NCBI GenBank assembly: GCA_002269645.1
Contig: NIVC01002176.1
Coordinates: 124,001-188,000 of the forward strand
Reading direction: 5' to 3'
Source of the DNA: Macrostomum lignano
Taxonomy: Eukaryota
Length of the DNA: 64,000 nt
Part shown: positions 21,915-37,478 of the stretch, one piece after another
Layout of the letters: each line of letters begins with the position of its first letter
Position numbering within the stretch: the stretch's first letter is position 1
Made by a program: the position numbers and the translations under genes
The notes under the pieces: generated by a model
Told to the model about the DNA's origin: nothing
Database searches by the model: none
Seen by the model: the letters and a program-made list of their open reading frames with translations, nothing else

Positions 21915-23126
21915 ATGACGTCAGTTAGCAGCGGCCATGACGGCGGCAATGGCAGTGCCGAAATCAAGTACTACCTGAAGTTCGCCATCAACATACCCTA
22001 CAGCGACGTGAAGCGCATGCTGGAAACTGACACCCGCCTGCTGTACTCGCTCAAAGACTGCTCCAGAGCAGGCAGAGTGAACTGGAAGCTGAAGCTCTAC
22101 CAGCACCGGGGCACCGATCAAAGCTACCTGGCGCTCTACCTGAAATTCGAGCCTCAGGTGTGCACAGACGGCGTCAGCTGCACCACGGAATTCTCCGTGC
22201 GTCTGACAGGTCCCGACAATCGCAGCGTGGAGCGCCAGAGCTCGAGCCCGCGGCAGTTCAGCAAGGCGGACGACAGCTGGGGCTGGTCGCAGTTCACTGC
22301 CACCGATGAGCTCGGCAGCTTCGTCAGCGCGCCAGACGGATCGGAAGTGCTGCGACTTAGCGGCGTCATCAAGATCTACGAGTCCTCAAAGCTGCTCTAC
22401 CCGAGAAGGAGGCACAATTTCACTCGGGCGCAGAACGGCGCGGACTTTCGCATCCAGGTCGGGCAGGTCACCTTCCATGTGCACCGAACTGTTCTGGTGC
22501 TCAACTCGGACTATTTTGCCGCCTTGTTCTCGCGTCCAGACTCTGAAGTGGCGCGCAGCGGCCTGATGACTCTGCTAGACGAGAAGGTTCAGGACGTCCA
22601 CCTGATGCTGCAGTTCATGTACCCCGGCTACAGTCGCGTCCTGGAGGAGTCCACTCTGCTGCCGCTGAGCTCCCTGGCCTCGAAGTTTCAGTTGCACAGC
22701 CTGACCTGGTCCTGTCTGCAGTTCGTCGATACCCAGCTCAGTAGCGAATCGGTCGAGCCTGAGAAGGCCATGAAGTACTATTTTATCTGCATCCGCTGGC
22801 TGCGGTGCCCTGACCTCGCCGAGCAGTGCGTCCGGTCCGTGTCTGGACAGCCGTGGGCCCGCGTCAAGGCGGCACCGCACTTTCGCCAGCTGGACGAGCC
22901 GGAGCGGGCCGCCTTTCTTGAGGCCTTTCTCGACTTCAAAGAGGACCGCCGCCGGGCGCCCTCCGCTGCTGCTCCTGCGGAGGCTGGCGGTGAAAACGGC
23001 GATTTCGATGGAGCCAGCGCGGAAACTGAAAGCGATGGAAGGACCGGTCAGGTGAAAAGGAATGGAGTGCACGCGGATCACTCTGAGGACGAAGTGTTCC
23101 GGGATTCGGCTGATGAACTTGGCTGA
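21915..23126 (+). CDS. MATH-BTB (SPOP/BATH-like) Cullin3 adaptor, intronless, acidic C-terminal tail
   Basis: MATH motifs WKLKLY..YLALYL..EFSVRL..RQFSKADDSWGWSQF; BTB motifs ADFRIQV..FHVHRTVL..SDYFAALF..LMLQFMY; BACK-like helices follow. First ATG at 21915; the ORF is open from 21873. Confidence 0.88.
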   Translation: MTSVSSGHDGGNGSAEIKYYLKFAINIPYSDVKRMLETDTRLLYSLKDCSRAGRVNWKLKLYQHRGTDQSYLALYLKFEPQVCTDGVSCTTEFSVRLTGPDNRSVERQSSSPRQFSKADDSWGWSQFTATDELGSFVSAPDGSEVLRLSGVIKIYESSKLLYPRRRHNFTRAQNGADFRIQVGQVTFHVHRTVLVLNSDYFAALFSRPDSEVARSGLMTLLDEKVQDVHLMLQFMYPGYSRVLEESTLLPLSSLASKFQLHSLTWSCLQFVDTQLSSESVEPEKAMKYYFICIRWLRCPDLAEQCVRSVSGQPWARVKAAPHFRQLDEPERAAFLEAFLDFKEDRRRAPSAAAPAEAGGENGDFDGASAETESDGRTGQVKRNGVHADHSEDEVFRDSADELG

Positions 23127-23257
23127 CTTGGTGGTGTAAATACGATTATTGTACTGATTTTGTGATCTTTCATCCCTACATAAAACTAGATTTATGCAGC
23201 CTTTTAACCTAATTTTTTCTTGTAAATTTATCTGTATGTACTTTTATTTGGCGTTGC

Positions 23258-23565
23258 CAGCTGTATTACTGTGTCCGATACCTGCTGTATTAGTGTGTCC
23301 GATGTCTGCTGTATTACTGTGTCCGACTGCTGTATTACTGTGTCCGATGTCTGCTGTATTACTGTGTCCGATGTCTGCTGTATTAATGTGTCCGATGTCT
23401 GCTGTATTACTTTGTCCGATGTCTGCTGTATTACTTTGTCCGATGTCTGCTGTATTACTTTGTCCGATGTCTGCTGTATTACTTTGTCCGATGTCTGCTG
23501 TATTACTTTGTCCGATGTCTGCTGTATTACTGTGTCCGATGTCTGCTGTATTACTGTGTTACTGT
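23258..23565. repeat. 24-bp minisatellite (TGTCCGATGTCTGCTGTATTACT[G/T]), ~12 copies
   Basis: Direct tandem units; explains the 8-aa periodic ORFs. Confidence 0.94.
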
Positions 23566-24010
23566 GTCGGCTGCAACCCCAATGGCCTCTGTAATATATG
23601 ACCCAGCCAATCTTACCATTCAGACTAGAGGCCAGTTCGTATCATTCAAGCCGTTTAAACCTAATCACAGTGACTGCATTTTAGATAATATAATACTACG
23701 AGTAAAATTAATTTCGTTTTAAGTTCAGCTTGATACAAGATATTGGAAACTGTTAGAGCGCTATGTACACTCTCCTTCTCTAACAGTATTATTTTACTGT
23801 TTTAAATTTTTAATTGAATTCATCAATTTTATTATACATATAAAAATAACGAATACATATTTTGCTGGGCTATACTCTCTGACTAGGGTGTAGCCTAATC
23901 CACCCTTCATAGAGAAGAGTCGTGATTGGCTACCGGCAACTTTGACCGCCATGTCGGACAGATATAAAAACTCTTTATCGACTTGAAAAGCTTCCAAATT
24001 TTCTATACAA

Positions 24011-28185
<4,175 letters not shown>

Positions 28186-29104
28186 CGAAGGCTATTTATG
28201 CCGAGCTTAGACAGCTCACAGCGGTAACTAATTGAAGCGGCAACAGTTGCTATACAGCAAATTTATGTTTAATATTTTTTCTACCCCGCCTCTCATTGTA
28301 TAAAATTTCTTTTTCTAAGTTGTCTGCCCCCAGCTGCTCAAGTTAAAGTGGCAAGGATTAGTTTGAAAAAAAATGGCAAAGTTTGTTTATGCATATATTG
28401 CGTTCTCAAGCACGACAACGGATAATTAATCTTGTCTGGAAGTTTCTTTTCTATGGTTGTTTGTTGCTAGAAAAGAGCTTTTAGCATCATCTTTTTAGTC
28501 AGCTAAATTCATGGAAAACTAGCTGCATGCAACTTTGCCATTAGTAATTTTCCATTGTGCATAGACTGTGCACCGAAATACACCTTTGCATTCTCTCAAG
28601 ACGAGTAAAATGCTTGAGTAGCAATCTGCACACAAATTGTATTGTTGTTTCTGACATGGTTGCAAGAGCTGAATCAGCTCAAGTTTCTGGAGAGTTCGCC
28701 TCCACAGAAAAGTCAATCAAGTTATCCAACTGATAGCAGTGTGTGTCAGTTATGAAGTACGAGCTATGTTACTAACCAACCAAGTCACTCTGCGTCCAAA
28801 GAAAGAGCTCAGAAAGTTTCCGTGCAAGACCAGCCTGACTTGATGAATTATTTAAGTGACACCTCCTACGAAGCACCTGTCTTGCTCTTGAATAATTAAT
28901 TTGATTTTGAGGGACAGAGAAGTGTAGCATGTGGATTCAGATAGGAGGCGCGCCTGTCTCGGCTTCCCGCCTACGCTCACACGCAAAAAGGCGAGTCTTT
29001 CAGTGTGGCATTCCTGAGCAAGTTGAGTAGCGTTTTTTCAACGTCTAGATGTAATAGGCAATGTCAAGCACCTTCCTCTAGGGGCGCCTTTTTCGAATAT
29101 ATCT

Positions 29105-29660
29105 ATGGCTATGATGATTTCCATGGATGTGTCTATGACTAAGATGATTGAAGTGATTGTGTCTATGGCCAAGTTAATTTTCATGGATGTGTTTTTGGCC
29201 AAGACGATTGTCAGGGATTTGTCTAAAACCAATATGATTGCCATGGTTTCTATGGCCAAGATGATTGCCATGAATGTGGCTTTGCCAAAAAGATTGCCAT
29301 GGATTTGTCTATGGCCAAGATGATTGTCATAGATGTGTCTTTGGCCAAGATAATTTCCATGATTGTGTCTATGGCCAAGATGATTGTCATAGATGTGTCT
29401 TTGGCCAAGATGATTGCCATGGATGTGTCCTTGGCGAAGATGATTGCTATGGATGTGTCCTTGGCCAAGATGATTGCTATGGATGTGTCTTTGGCCAAGA
29501 TGATTGCTGTGGATTTGTCTTTGGCCAGGATGATTGCTATGGATGTGTCTTTGGCCAAGATGATTGCCATGGATGTGTCCTTGGCCAAGATGATTGCTAT
29601 GGATGTGTCTTTGGCCAAGATGATTGCTATGGATTTGTCTTTGGCCAAGATGATTTCCGT
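29105..29660. repeat. 30-bp minisatellite (TTGGCCAAGATGATTGCTATGGATGTGTCT)
   Basis: Tandem units; 10-aa periodic ORFs in several frames on both strands. Confidence 0.92.
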
Positions 29661-30934
29661 GGAGAACACGAGGTTTTTACCCAAAAAAAAAATTATATAG
29701 CGAGTAGACCCACTACTGTTTGGGAAAACCTTCAAGCCTAACTTTAAACGAAAGCGTTTTAAAGGCCCAGAAAATGTGGCTCACTTAAACTCCGACAAGT
29801 AAACAAACAGTTTTCACTGCTCAATTTAGCACGCGATTTTTTCGGAGCCTGAGCCGCAACACAGGAAGCTCAATTCAATGGAATTGGTCAGCTGATGCAG
29901 CCGCTCAAACAAGGAAGTGGAAAAATAATTAACGACCCACTCAGGACGCGAGGTCAAACGAGCCGACACAAGAGATTGAGGGTCTCCTTTGATGACCCTT
30001 AGCACCGAGTTCTCCTCTGGCGCTTAAAACCTCTCTTTGAGGCTGCTCCGGACACAGCGGGGCGGAAGAGCCGAAGTAGAAGCAGCGGTTGCAGCAGGTC
30101 TGAAGCAATTTTATAGGTTCTGAGTCTTGAAAAGATTTCAAGAACGAAAGAAACTTATAGAGAAGCACAGATGATTGTATTGAAAAAGCGCTCTGATCTA
30201 TATATTCAGTATTTGGAGAAATTTATTTTTCATTAGCAACTAGCGATCACTTCTGATCGCTAAACAGCTGATTGCTAAACATACAAGCGCACCAATACTG
30301 TAGGCAGTCACGCACTCATACAAACGCTCACACGGGATGTAAAGCTGCCTTGAATTTCTATAATTGTTAGTCTCAATAGCTTGCACCCGAATCGTGAGAC
30401 GAAACTCGAAAATCATGCATCTTAGACGACTATTTGCTTCTCACATAGAGAAACCGAAATTGAAGGCCAGCGAAGTCAGTCGGAGGAACTGGAAAAATCG
30501 AAGATCATTTTCTAATCTCCGCAGTCTCCAGGGTGCAGTCGGGCCGGGTGGCTTCAGAAGCAGTAACTTTCTAAGAATGAAAGCTCATCAACTTTGCTGG
30601 GCCAATTTTTCGAGTCAGGCAGCAGTGCAGGGACTTCATAGAAGTGCAAGCTCGAGTACCGGGGACTTTAGCGAAGAACAACTGAAAAAGCTAAATCAAT
30701 TTACTGGGATTTTGGTTTAGCACCGTTGTTTGTGAGTTGATTGCTTTATTATTTGACTTTTCTTTACAAGAAAGAACACTAGTGCAAAAAATTGAGTGCT
30801 GCTCTGAGGAAATGGAGAAAAAGATACATTAATTTGATGAAGATTACTTAAATTCTCGGTGAAAGTAACCCGTCAATGAACCTGAGGTGTTTCCAGTTGG
30901 TCACATCGAGTCTGATCAAGCGAGACGCTGAGGT

Positions 30935-31757
30935 GTTTGATGTGTGACTAACTGGAAGACACTGGATGGTTTGATGTGTGACTAACTGGAAAACACTGAT
31001 GTGTTTGATGTGAGACTAACTGGAAAACACTGATGTGTTTGATGTGTGACTAACTGGAAGACACAGGGATGTTTGATGTGTGACTAACTGGAAGACGCAG
31101 GGATGTTTGATGTGTGACTAACTGGAAAACACTGGGATGTTTGATGTGTGACTAACTGGAAGACACAGGGATGTTTGATGTGTGACTAACTGAAAGACAC
31201 TGGAGGGTTTGATGTGTGACTAACTGGAAGACACTGGGTGTTTGATGCGTGACTAACTGGAAGACACATGGATGTTTGATGTGTGACTAACTGGAAGACA
31301 CAGGGATGTTTGATGTGTGACTAACTGAAAGACACTGGGGGTTTGATGTGTGACTAACTGGAAGACACTGGAGGGTTTGATGTGTGACTAACTGAAAGAC
31401 ACTGGAGGGTTTGATGTGTGACTAACTGGAAGACACTGGAGGGTTTGATGTGTGACTAACTGGAAGACACATGGATGTTTGATGTGTGACTAACTGGAAG
31501 ACACATGGATGTTTGATGTGTGACTACTGACTAACTGGAAGACACTGGGATGTTTGATTTGTGACTAACTGGAAGACACTGGGGGTTTGATGTGTGACTA
31601 CTGACTAACTGGAAGACACATGGATGTTTGATGTGTGACTAACTGGAAGACACAGGGATGTTTGATGTGTGACTAACTGGAAGACACTGGGGGTTTGATG
31701 TGTGACTAACTGGAAGACACTGGGTGTTTGATGTGTGACTAACTGGAAGACACTGAA
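30935..31757. repeat. ~34-bp minisatellite (TTTGATGTGTGACTAACTGGAAGACAC..), ~24 copies
   Basis: Constant 27-bp core with a variable 6-7-nt tail. Confidence 0.95.
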
Positions 31758-32064
31758 GTGTTACATAAACTCGAAATTTCGCATTTAATTCCAAACTATC
31801 TACTAAATAGTAGGTGATTTTGTAGGCAACTTTACACACAGCTGTGGCACACTTTTTGCCTCCGACTTTGAATAAACTCCCTGATTATTCAAAAAAGCGG
31901 AGCATCAATGCAGACTCTGATGCAGAGGTGCGGCTGTTTTGCCTAATTGAATTTCTGCAATTGGATTGGCTTGCAGAAATTTATTCCATAGGCTTACATA
32001 GCTAGGCTATTTTTGCGGAAGCGATCGATTTGGAAAATACAGAAATTGTTTTTTTCCAACCTAA

Positions 32065-32600
32065 TGTCCCTTTCTCATCGCTTGCTAGCGCTCCTTTCTC
32101 ATCGCTTACTGACGCCCCTTTCTCATCGCTTGCTGGCATCGCTTGCTGGCGCTCCTTTCTCATCTCTTACTGACGCCCTTTCTAATCGCTTACTGACGCC
32201 CCTTTCTCATCGCTTGCTGGCGCTCCTTTCTCATCGCTTACTGACGCCCCTTTCTCATCGCTTACTGATGCCCCTTTCTAATCTCTTACTGACGCCCCTT
32301 TCTCATCGCTTACTGACGCCCCTTTCTCATCGCTTACTGACGCCCCTTTCTCATCGCTTGCTGGCGCTCCTTTCTCATCGCTTACTGACGCCCCTTTCTC
32401 ATCGCTTACTGATGCCCCTTTCTAATCTCTTACTGACGCCCCTTTCTCATCGCTTACTGACGCCCCTTTCTAATCGCTTACTGACGCCCCTTTCTAATCG
32501 CTTACTGACGCCCCTTTCTCATCGCTTGCTGGCGCCCCTTTCTCATCGCTTACTGACGCCCGTTTCTCATCGCTTACTGACGGCCAGTTCTCATCGCTTA
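32065..32600. repeat. 24-bp minisatellite (GACGCCCCTTTCTCATCGCTTACT), ~22 copies
   Basis: Tandem units; explains the LSHRLLTP ORF. Confidence 0.94.
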
Positions 32601-33101
32601 TTGGTGCTTATTTCTAAGTTTCTTGGTGCCCCTTTTTCATCGCTTACTGGCGCCTACGCTCGTATGTCAAATATAAACTGAAATTTATACACGAGCATGC
32701 AATTCCCTCTTCTGTATGTTTTCACAGTTGCTGAGAAATTAATTCAATAGCATGCATCTGCTATTGCTTCTATCTACACTGCTAATCGGAACTCAATGCA
32801 GTAATTCTGTGTGCTGACTGCTTACTTCCAGCGCGTGCTGGATGTTGACCGAAGGTAACATTTTTATTAAAATCCTGTCCCTTGCAGAGAGATCTGACAA
32901 AATAAATAAATTAATTTACAGTCACAGCTACGTAAATACAGACGAGCTACGGCGCGCGCTGGGGACAGTGGACTGACTGTCCTGAGGGTCATTTTGGCAA
33001 CGGTTAAGTCACACAGTTCTTTAATACCATCGCACAAATCACATGTCTTCAACGTTTTAATAAATTTTCACACCACTCTTATACTGATATACATCCTACA
33101 T

Positions 33102-33480
33102 CAGCGGTCGGCAGACTTTTTATCGAAAAAGTCCAGAGGGGGAAAGCAGGAGAGAGGAAAGAGTGAAGATAGAAGGAGGAGAGAGAGACGAGAGTAGATG
33201 GGAGAAAGGAGAGTAGAGGAAATAAAGTAGAAGAGAGGACACGAGAGAAAAGGAGAGGAGGGAGGAGCGAGGAGAGACGATGGGAGAGGAGATAAGAGAG
33301 GAGAGGAGAGAAAGGAGAGAAGGGAGAGAAGAGAGAAGAGAAGAGAGGATATAAGAGAAAAGACGGCTGAGAAGGCCGGAAACCTTTGGAGGGCCGGATT
33401 GCAGTCTTGACGTCTCAAAGGACCCCGAGGGCCGGATAGAGAGGCTTCGTGGCTCGCGGGCCGGAGTGTGCCGACCCCTG
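33102..33480. mobile_element. hAT-superfamily MITE (379 bp) with a purine-rich interior
   Basis: TIRs CAGCGGTCGGCAGAC / rc CAGGGGTCGGCACAC (13/15); perfect 8-bp TSD TCCTACAT at 33094-33101 and 33481-33488. Confidence 0.9.
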
Positions 33481-34859
33481 TCCTACATACGCTCGTAAAC
33501 AAGTAAATGCATACATACACACGTACAGATTTATGTTGAAGATTAAATAGAATCCCTTACCAATAGACGATGGCACAGGAGTGAATGGCATCAAAGCATA
33601 TTGCTCGGATGAGAGCTGCTAAATACAAACGATTACTAGTTTAGTTGGAGGCTATGGCGAATGGCTGGTTGGACAGGAAAAGGTCATGTCCTATATGGTA
33701 CACCGGACTGCTTGCGATGTATGATCGCCGACCTTCGGTCTTGGGATTTCTTAATGACTATATGGCCATTGACTGTGGAGAGAGTAAGTATCTAAAAGAA
33801 TGCCACCTACATAACGGAGGGTTCCCGAATGGTGGAAAACAACTGCGCCCTTGCTGGAATGCCCCGGGAATTCGGCTATTTGCGGCATAAGGACACAAGT
33901 GGACGATGGACTCCCCATGGACAATGTCGGTATGAATAACATTGAGATTAAATGCTGCCTAATGAGCTTATCAAGCAGCAAGCAAGGATGATATTGTGCC
34001 TTCTATTTATTAATGAACTATATTTACAATTTGGTCTTGACCAATGAATTATTTAATATGTGAACGGAAAAATACAAGATGAACTTAAGCTTATCATAAT
34101 AATGTTGATTTTTCATCCTCTTTTTCAGTATGAACTACTTAATCTCTGGTTTTAAGGCGTCTTTTCCCCTCGATTCTCTTTCAAAAGATATATTTTCGTC
34201 TTCTACTGTATACTTGGGTCGCTTTCATAGGATTGAAATTTCATAACGCCGAAAGACACCTGCCTTCACAGGACCGAAACTTTCGGAGTGAAGCGAACAG
34301 AAATGCTTCCTTGGCTGATCTCTGTAAAGCTACGGGGACATGCCAATGACGACCCTCACTCCTCATTGTAAGTATCGTGAAGTTTGTTTCAATGACGACA
34401 AAATGAATGCCCGCAGCGTCAAAATCAGTGGTAACAACAGCGATTTCCAGAATAAAATAGGAATTTTTCGCTTAGAATTCCTGGGTTTGTCTCCCCACCA
34501 TTGCAATCCATACTAGAATACTCCGCTGACAAGGTGAGGGCAGGTAAGGTATATTGTACTTTTATGCCACTATTCAGCCAAAAACGCCCACGGACTAAAG
34601 ACGTTTGCAGCACAGCTTCTTGGCAGCTGCATCCATGCTAGCAGGTTCTTTAATTGGCTTCCAGTGATGGCAACTGTCGGCTCCTAATTATTGAGAAGAA
34701 AGGGGAACTCTCCTCACTTCCTCAAGCATCCACTAAAGCAGGCGACAGAATACAGTATTGGACAGCTTGGGTTTGGCAGGTCTCTTTTAAACCGAAAAAA
34801 ACTGAGGTGGCAAGCTGGACAATAGTCCTGCCTCACTGCTGCTTGCTTCTAGCTGCAAC

Positions 34860-35962
34860 ATGTCCACTTGTCTCATCACCGTTTTCGCGCTCTTGAGCTG
34901 CGGGTCTCCGATTGCGGCTGCCGTCAGCTCGAAATCTGGTGGGTGCGATTGGAAATTTGATTGCAGAAGACCCAAACTGAACAAAAATAGAGTATGAAAA
35001 AATAATTATCGCATTTCAGAGTTTTCTACTGAGGAGGTTTTGCAAACCACGACGGCTCCGATGACGTCACAGCCTGGTCGCAGCGCTGCGGACTGCGCGC
35101 TGAAATGCGAGCCCCTAGTTATGCCATACTGCTCCGCTTTCGCCTTTGTTCCTGAAAAGCAGATCTGCCTGCTCTCGGAACTGCAGAATGCGGACTTCGC
35201 GTCCGTGGCTCCCAGCGGCCCTGTCTATCGAAAGAAGAGCGACAGTGAGTTTTTGGGCCAGGGCGAGATATATGAGATGGAATTTAATATTGTAGCCCGC
35301 GTTCATCGTTTTTATTCTTTTAGAAAAGCTAGTCCAAATCAGCGGTCAATTATTCCAAGTGATCCAGCACAGATCGAAGGGAGAGCTCAGCTTTGCTCGC
35401 GGCTGGACTCAGTATGAGAACGGCTTTGAAGACGACACGGACTTCTGGATTGGTGAGGAGCGCATAAAATAGCTCGTAATTCTTTCGGACAGAATGCTTA
35501 GAGGGACAAAATATGATATCAAATAAATTTTCAGGTCTCCGTAAAATGCACGAGCTGACCGGAAGCTCTCCGAAGCTTCTGCGAGTCGAGGCCGTCACCT
35601 GGTCAAATGAGCTGTACGTCTGCGAGTACTCCGGCTTCACGGTGGCCGATGCCAGCACGAACTACACCATGACTTACACTTCGTACCTGAGCGGCAGCTC
35701 CAACACGACCAGCAATTCGCTCGCTCATAACAATGGGATGCAGTTCTCCACCGTGGACCGAGACAATGATAAATATGGACCCGCCTGTTCCAGCGGCCGT
35801 GGAAACTCAGGTTGGTGGTTCCAAAGCTGTTCAAAGTCCAATCCGAACGGGATCTTTCACGACTCTGCTGTGAGCGGACATGCATACATGTATTGGTCAG
35901 GCGCTACCGCTGGAGGCCTAGTTGCCCTAAAGAGCATTCGACTGATGATCCATCTGGTCTGA
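34860..35962 (+). CDS. Secreted PAN-FReD protein, family II copy A (exons 34860-34938, 35020-35244, 35324-35452, 35535-35962)
   Basis: Signal MSTCLITVFALLSCG; PAN core CALKC..YCSAFAFV..ICLLS; FReD motifs FQVIQHR..SFARGWTQYENGF..FWIGL..QFSTVDRDND..GWWF..C..SNPNG..LKSIRLMI; all junctions in frame. Confidence 0.9.
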
Positions 35963-36371
35963 TGTCACGGGCATTGGATACACACTCAAGTGCAAAATTA
36001 CTAAATGGAGTTCTCAGATAAGCTCTGTGATTCATTTGGGTACAAGAGTTAAGAAATGCACTGAAGATTTTTTCGCGAGGTTAATGTCGTGTTCAGATTT
36101 AACTTTTTAAGAAACTTGGAAATCTGTTAATTAACTTTAAATGAATAATTCAAACATTACTGATTGTCACTGATATCCAGCATAGCTGTGTCTGTTCGAT
36201 GTTTCAACGAAAAATTGTCCATGAGTACTTAGAGAGAATACTTCAACTTTTTATGGTATTTTGTGGCTTATCACTAACTTTTTCTGCTGATTTCTAACTG
36301 ATGTAGGAGTTGTGTCTCTTCAATTTTCTGACAATTCATACTTACATCTACAATAGAATCTACTGTCTCTA

Positions 36372-36490
36372 GGTGGGCACCCCTGCTGTCTCTTGGTGGA
36401 CACCCCTGCTGTCTCTTGGTGGGCACCCCTGCTGTCTCTTGGTGGGCACCCCTGCTGTCTCTTGGTGGGTAACCCTACTGTCTATTAGAC
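36372..36490. repeat. 23-bp tandem repeat (GGTGGGCACCCCTGCTGTCTCTT), ~5 copies
   Basis: Direct tandem units. Confidence 0.9.
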
Positions 36491-37478
36491 CCACATGAAT
36501 AGAAGCCACAGATGCCACATTGAAGAGGTTGAAGGGTGCATAAGTTGAGCTCCTGTCTTTCGTGGAGCTTGTTTGACCTCCTGTAGTTTTCTAAATAGCG
36601 CAGTTTTTTCGGGGAGATTAAAAGAGGTTGTTGAAGCCCCCCCCCATTTCCCCTTCTCCCTTTGATCGGTGCGAGCGTAGAAGTGATAAATTTTTACTTT
36701 CTTTTCTGCTTTGCTATCGTTAATTTTTTACGTCAACTTTCTTTTTTGTGTTCTATCGTGAAAATAAACAGGTATCTGCAGTTTTCTGTCTATTAGACAG
36801 CCGGTTTTTGTGACTTTGTGAATTTGTGACTTTGAGGCAATGAATGAATTATTGACACACGTTCATCGAGTTGAATGATTTTGCACAGACTCAATAGGCT
36901 TTTAGGGATAGAACTCCTCATTAGGTGGAATTTCGTGCGTTTCAACACGCAAGGGCTGGTTGCAATTAGCAAAGCTCCATGACTTCTACAAGCTGATGAA
37001 GCGCTTAAATATGCTATGTGTAACAATGCCGCCACAAAACCCGGCAATGTGGAGCCTCCCATATTTTCAGTTTCGAGAGCTGCAGTTAGCGACGCTAGTT
37101 TAAGAAAAACCGGAAAACTGCATCCCAGATGCGCACACGCACTGCTGTACTGACAATGGGTTTGAAAAAGTCTTTACTGTTCAATGCGCCAACGCTCCGG
37201 TTAGACATAAGGCCCCAGAATCGATGAAACTTCCTTTAATTGGCTTCTATTCATTTGAAGCAGCTTGCGCGAAATTACCGTCCTTAAATGCAGCTGCGCC
37301 TTTGTTAATGAGGAGATTTTAGGAGGCCTGCTTTGGAAACGCATCGACTCAAGCAGTTCAATAGCAACAACAGGTGCTTTAGGGAGGTAAAAGCGTTGAG
37401 ACAAAGCCAGCAACCAGAGACAGTCGGTTTTTAGGCGAGGCAACTAAAATCGAGCGGATTCATAACCTTGCCTGCAGC

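Noticed and set aside
29038-29741. 10-aa repeat ORFs (IILAKDTSIA / VFGQDDCYGC)
   Set aside because: 30-bp minisatellite open in three frames on two strands; no unique coding flanks or splice support
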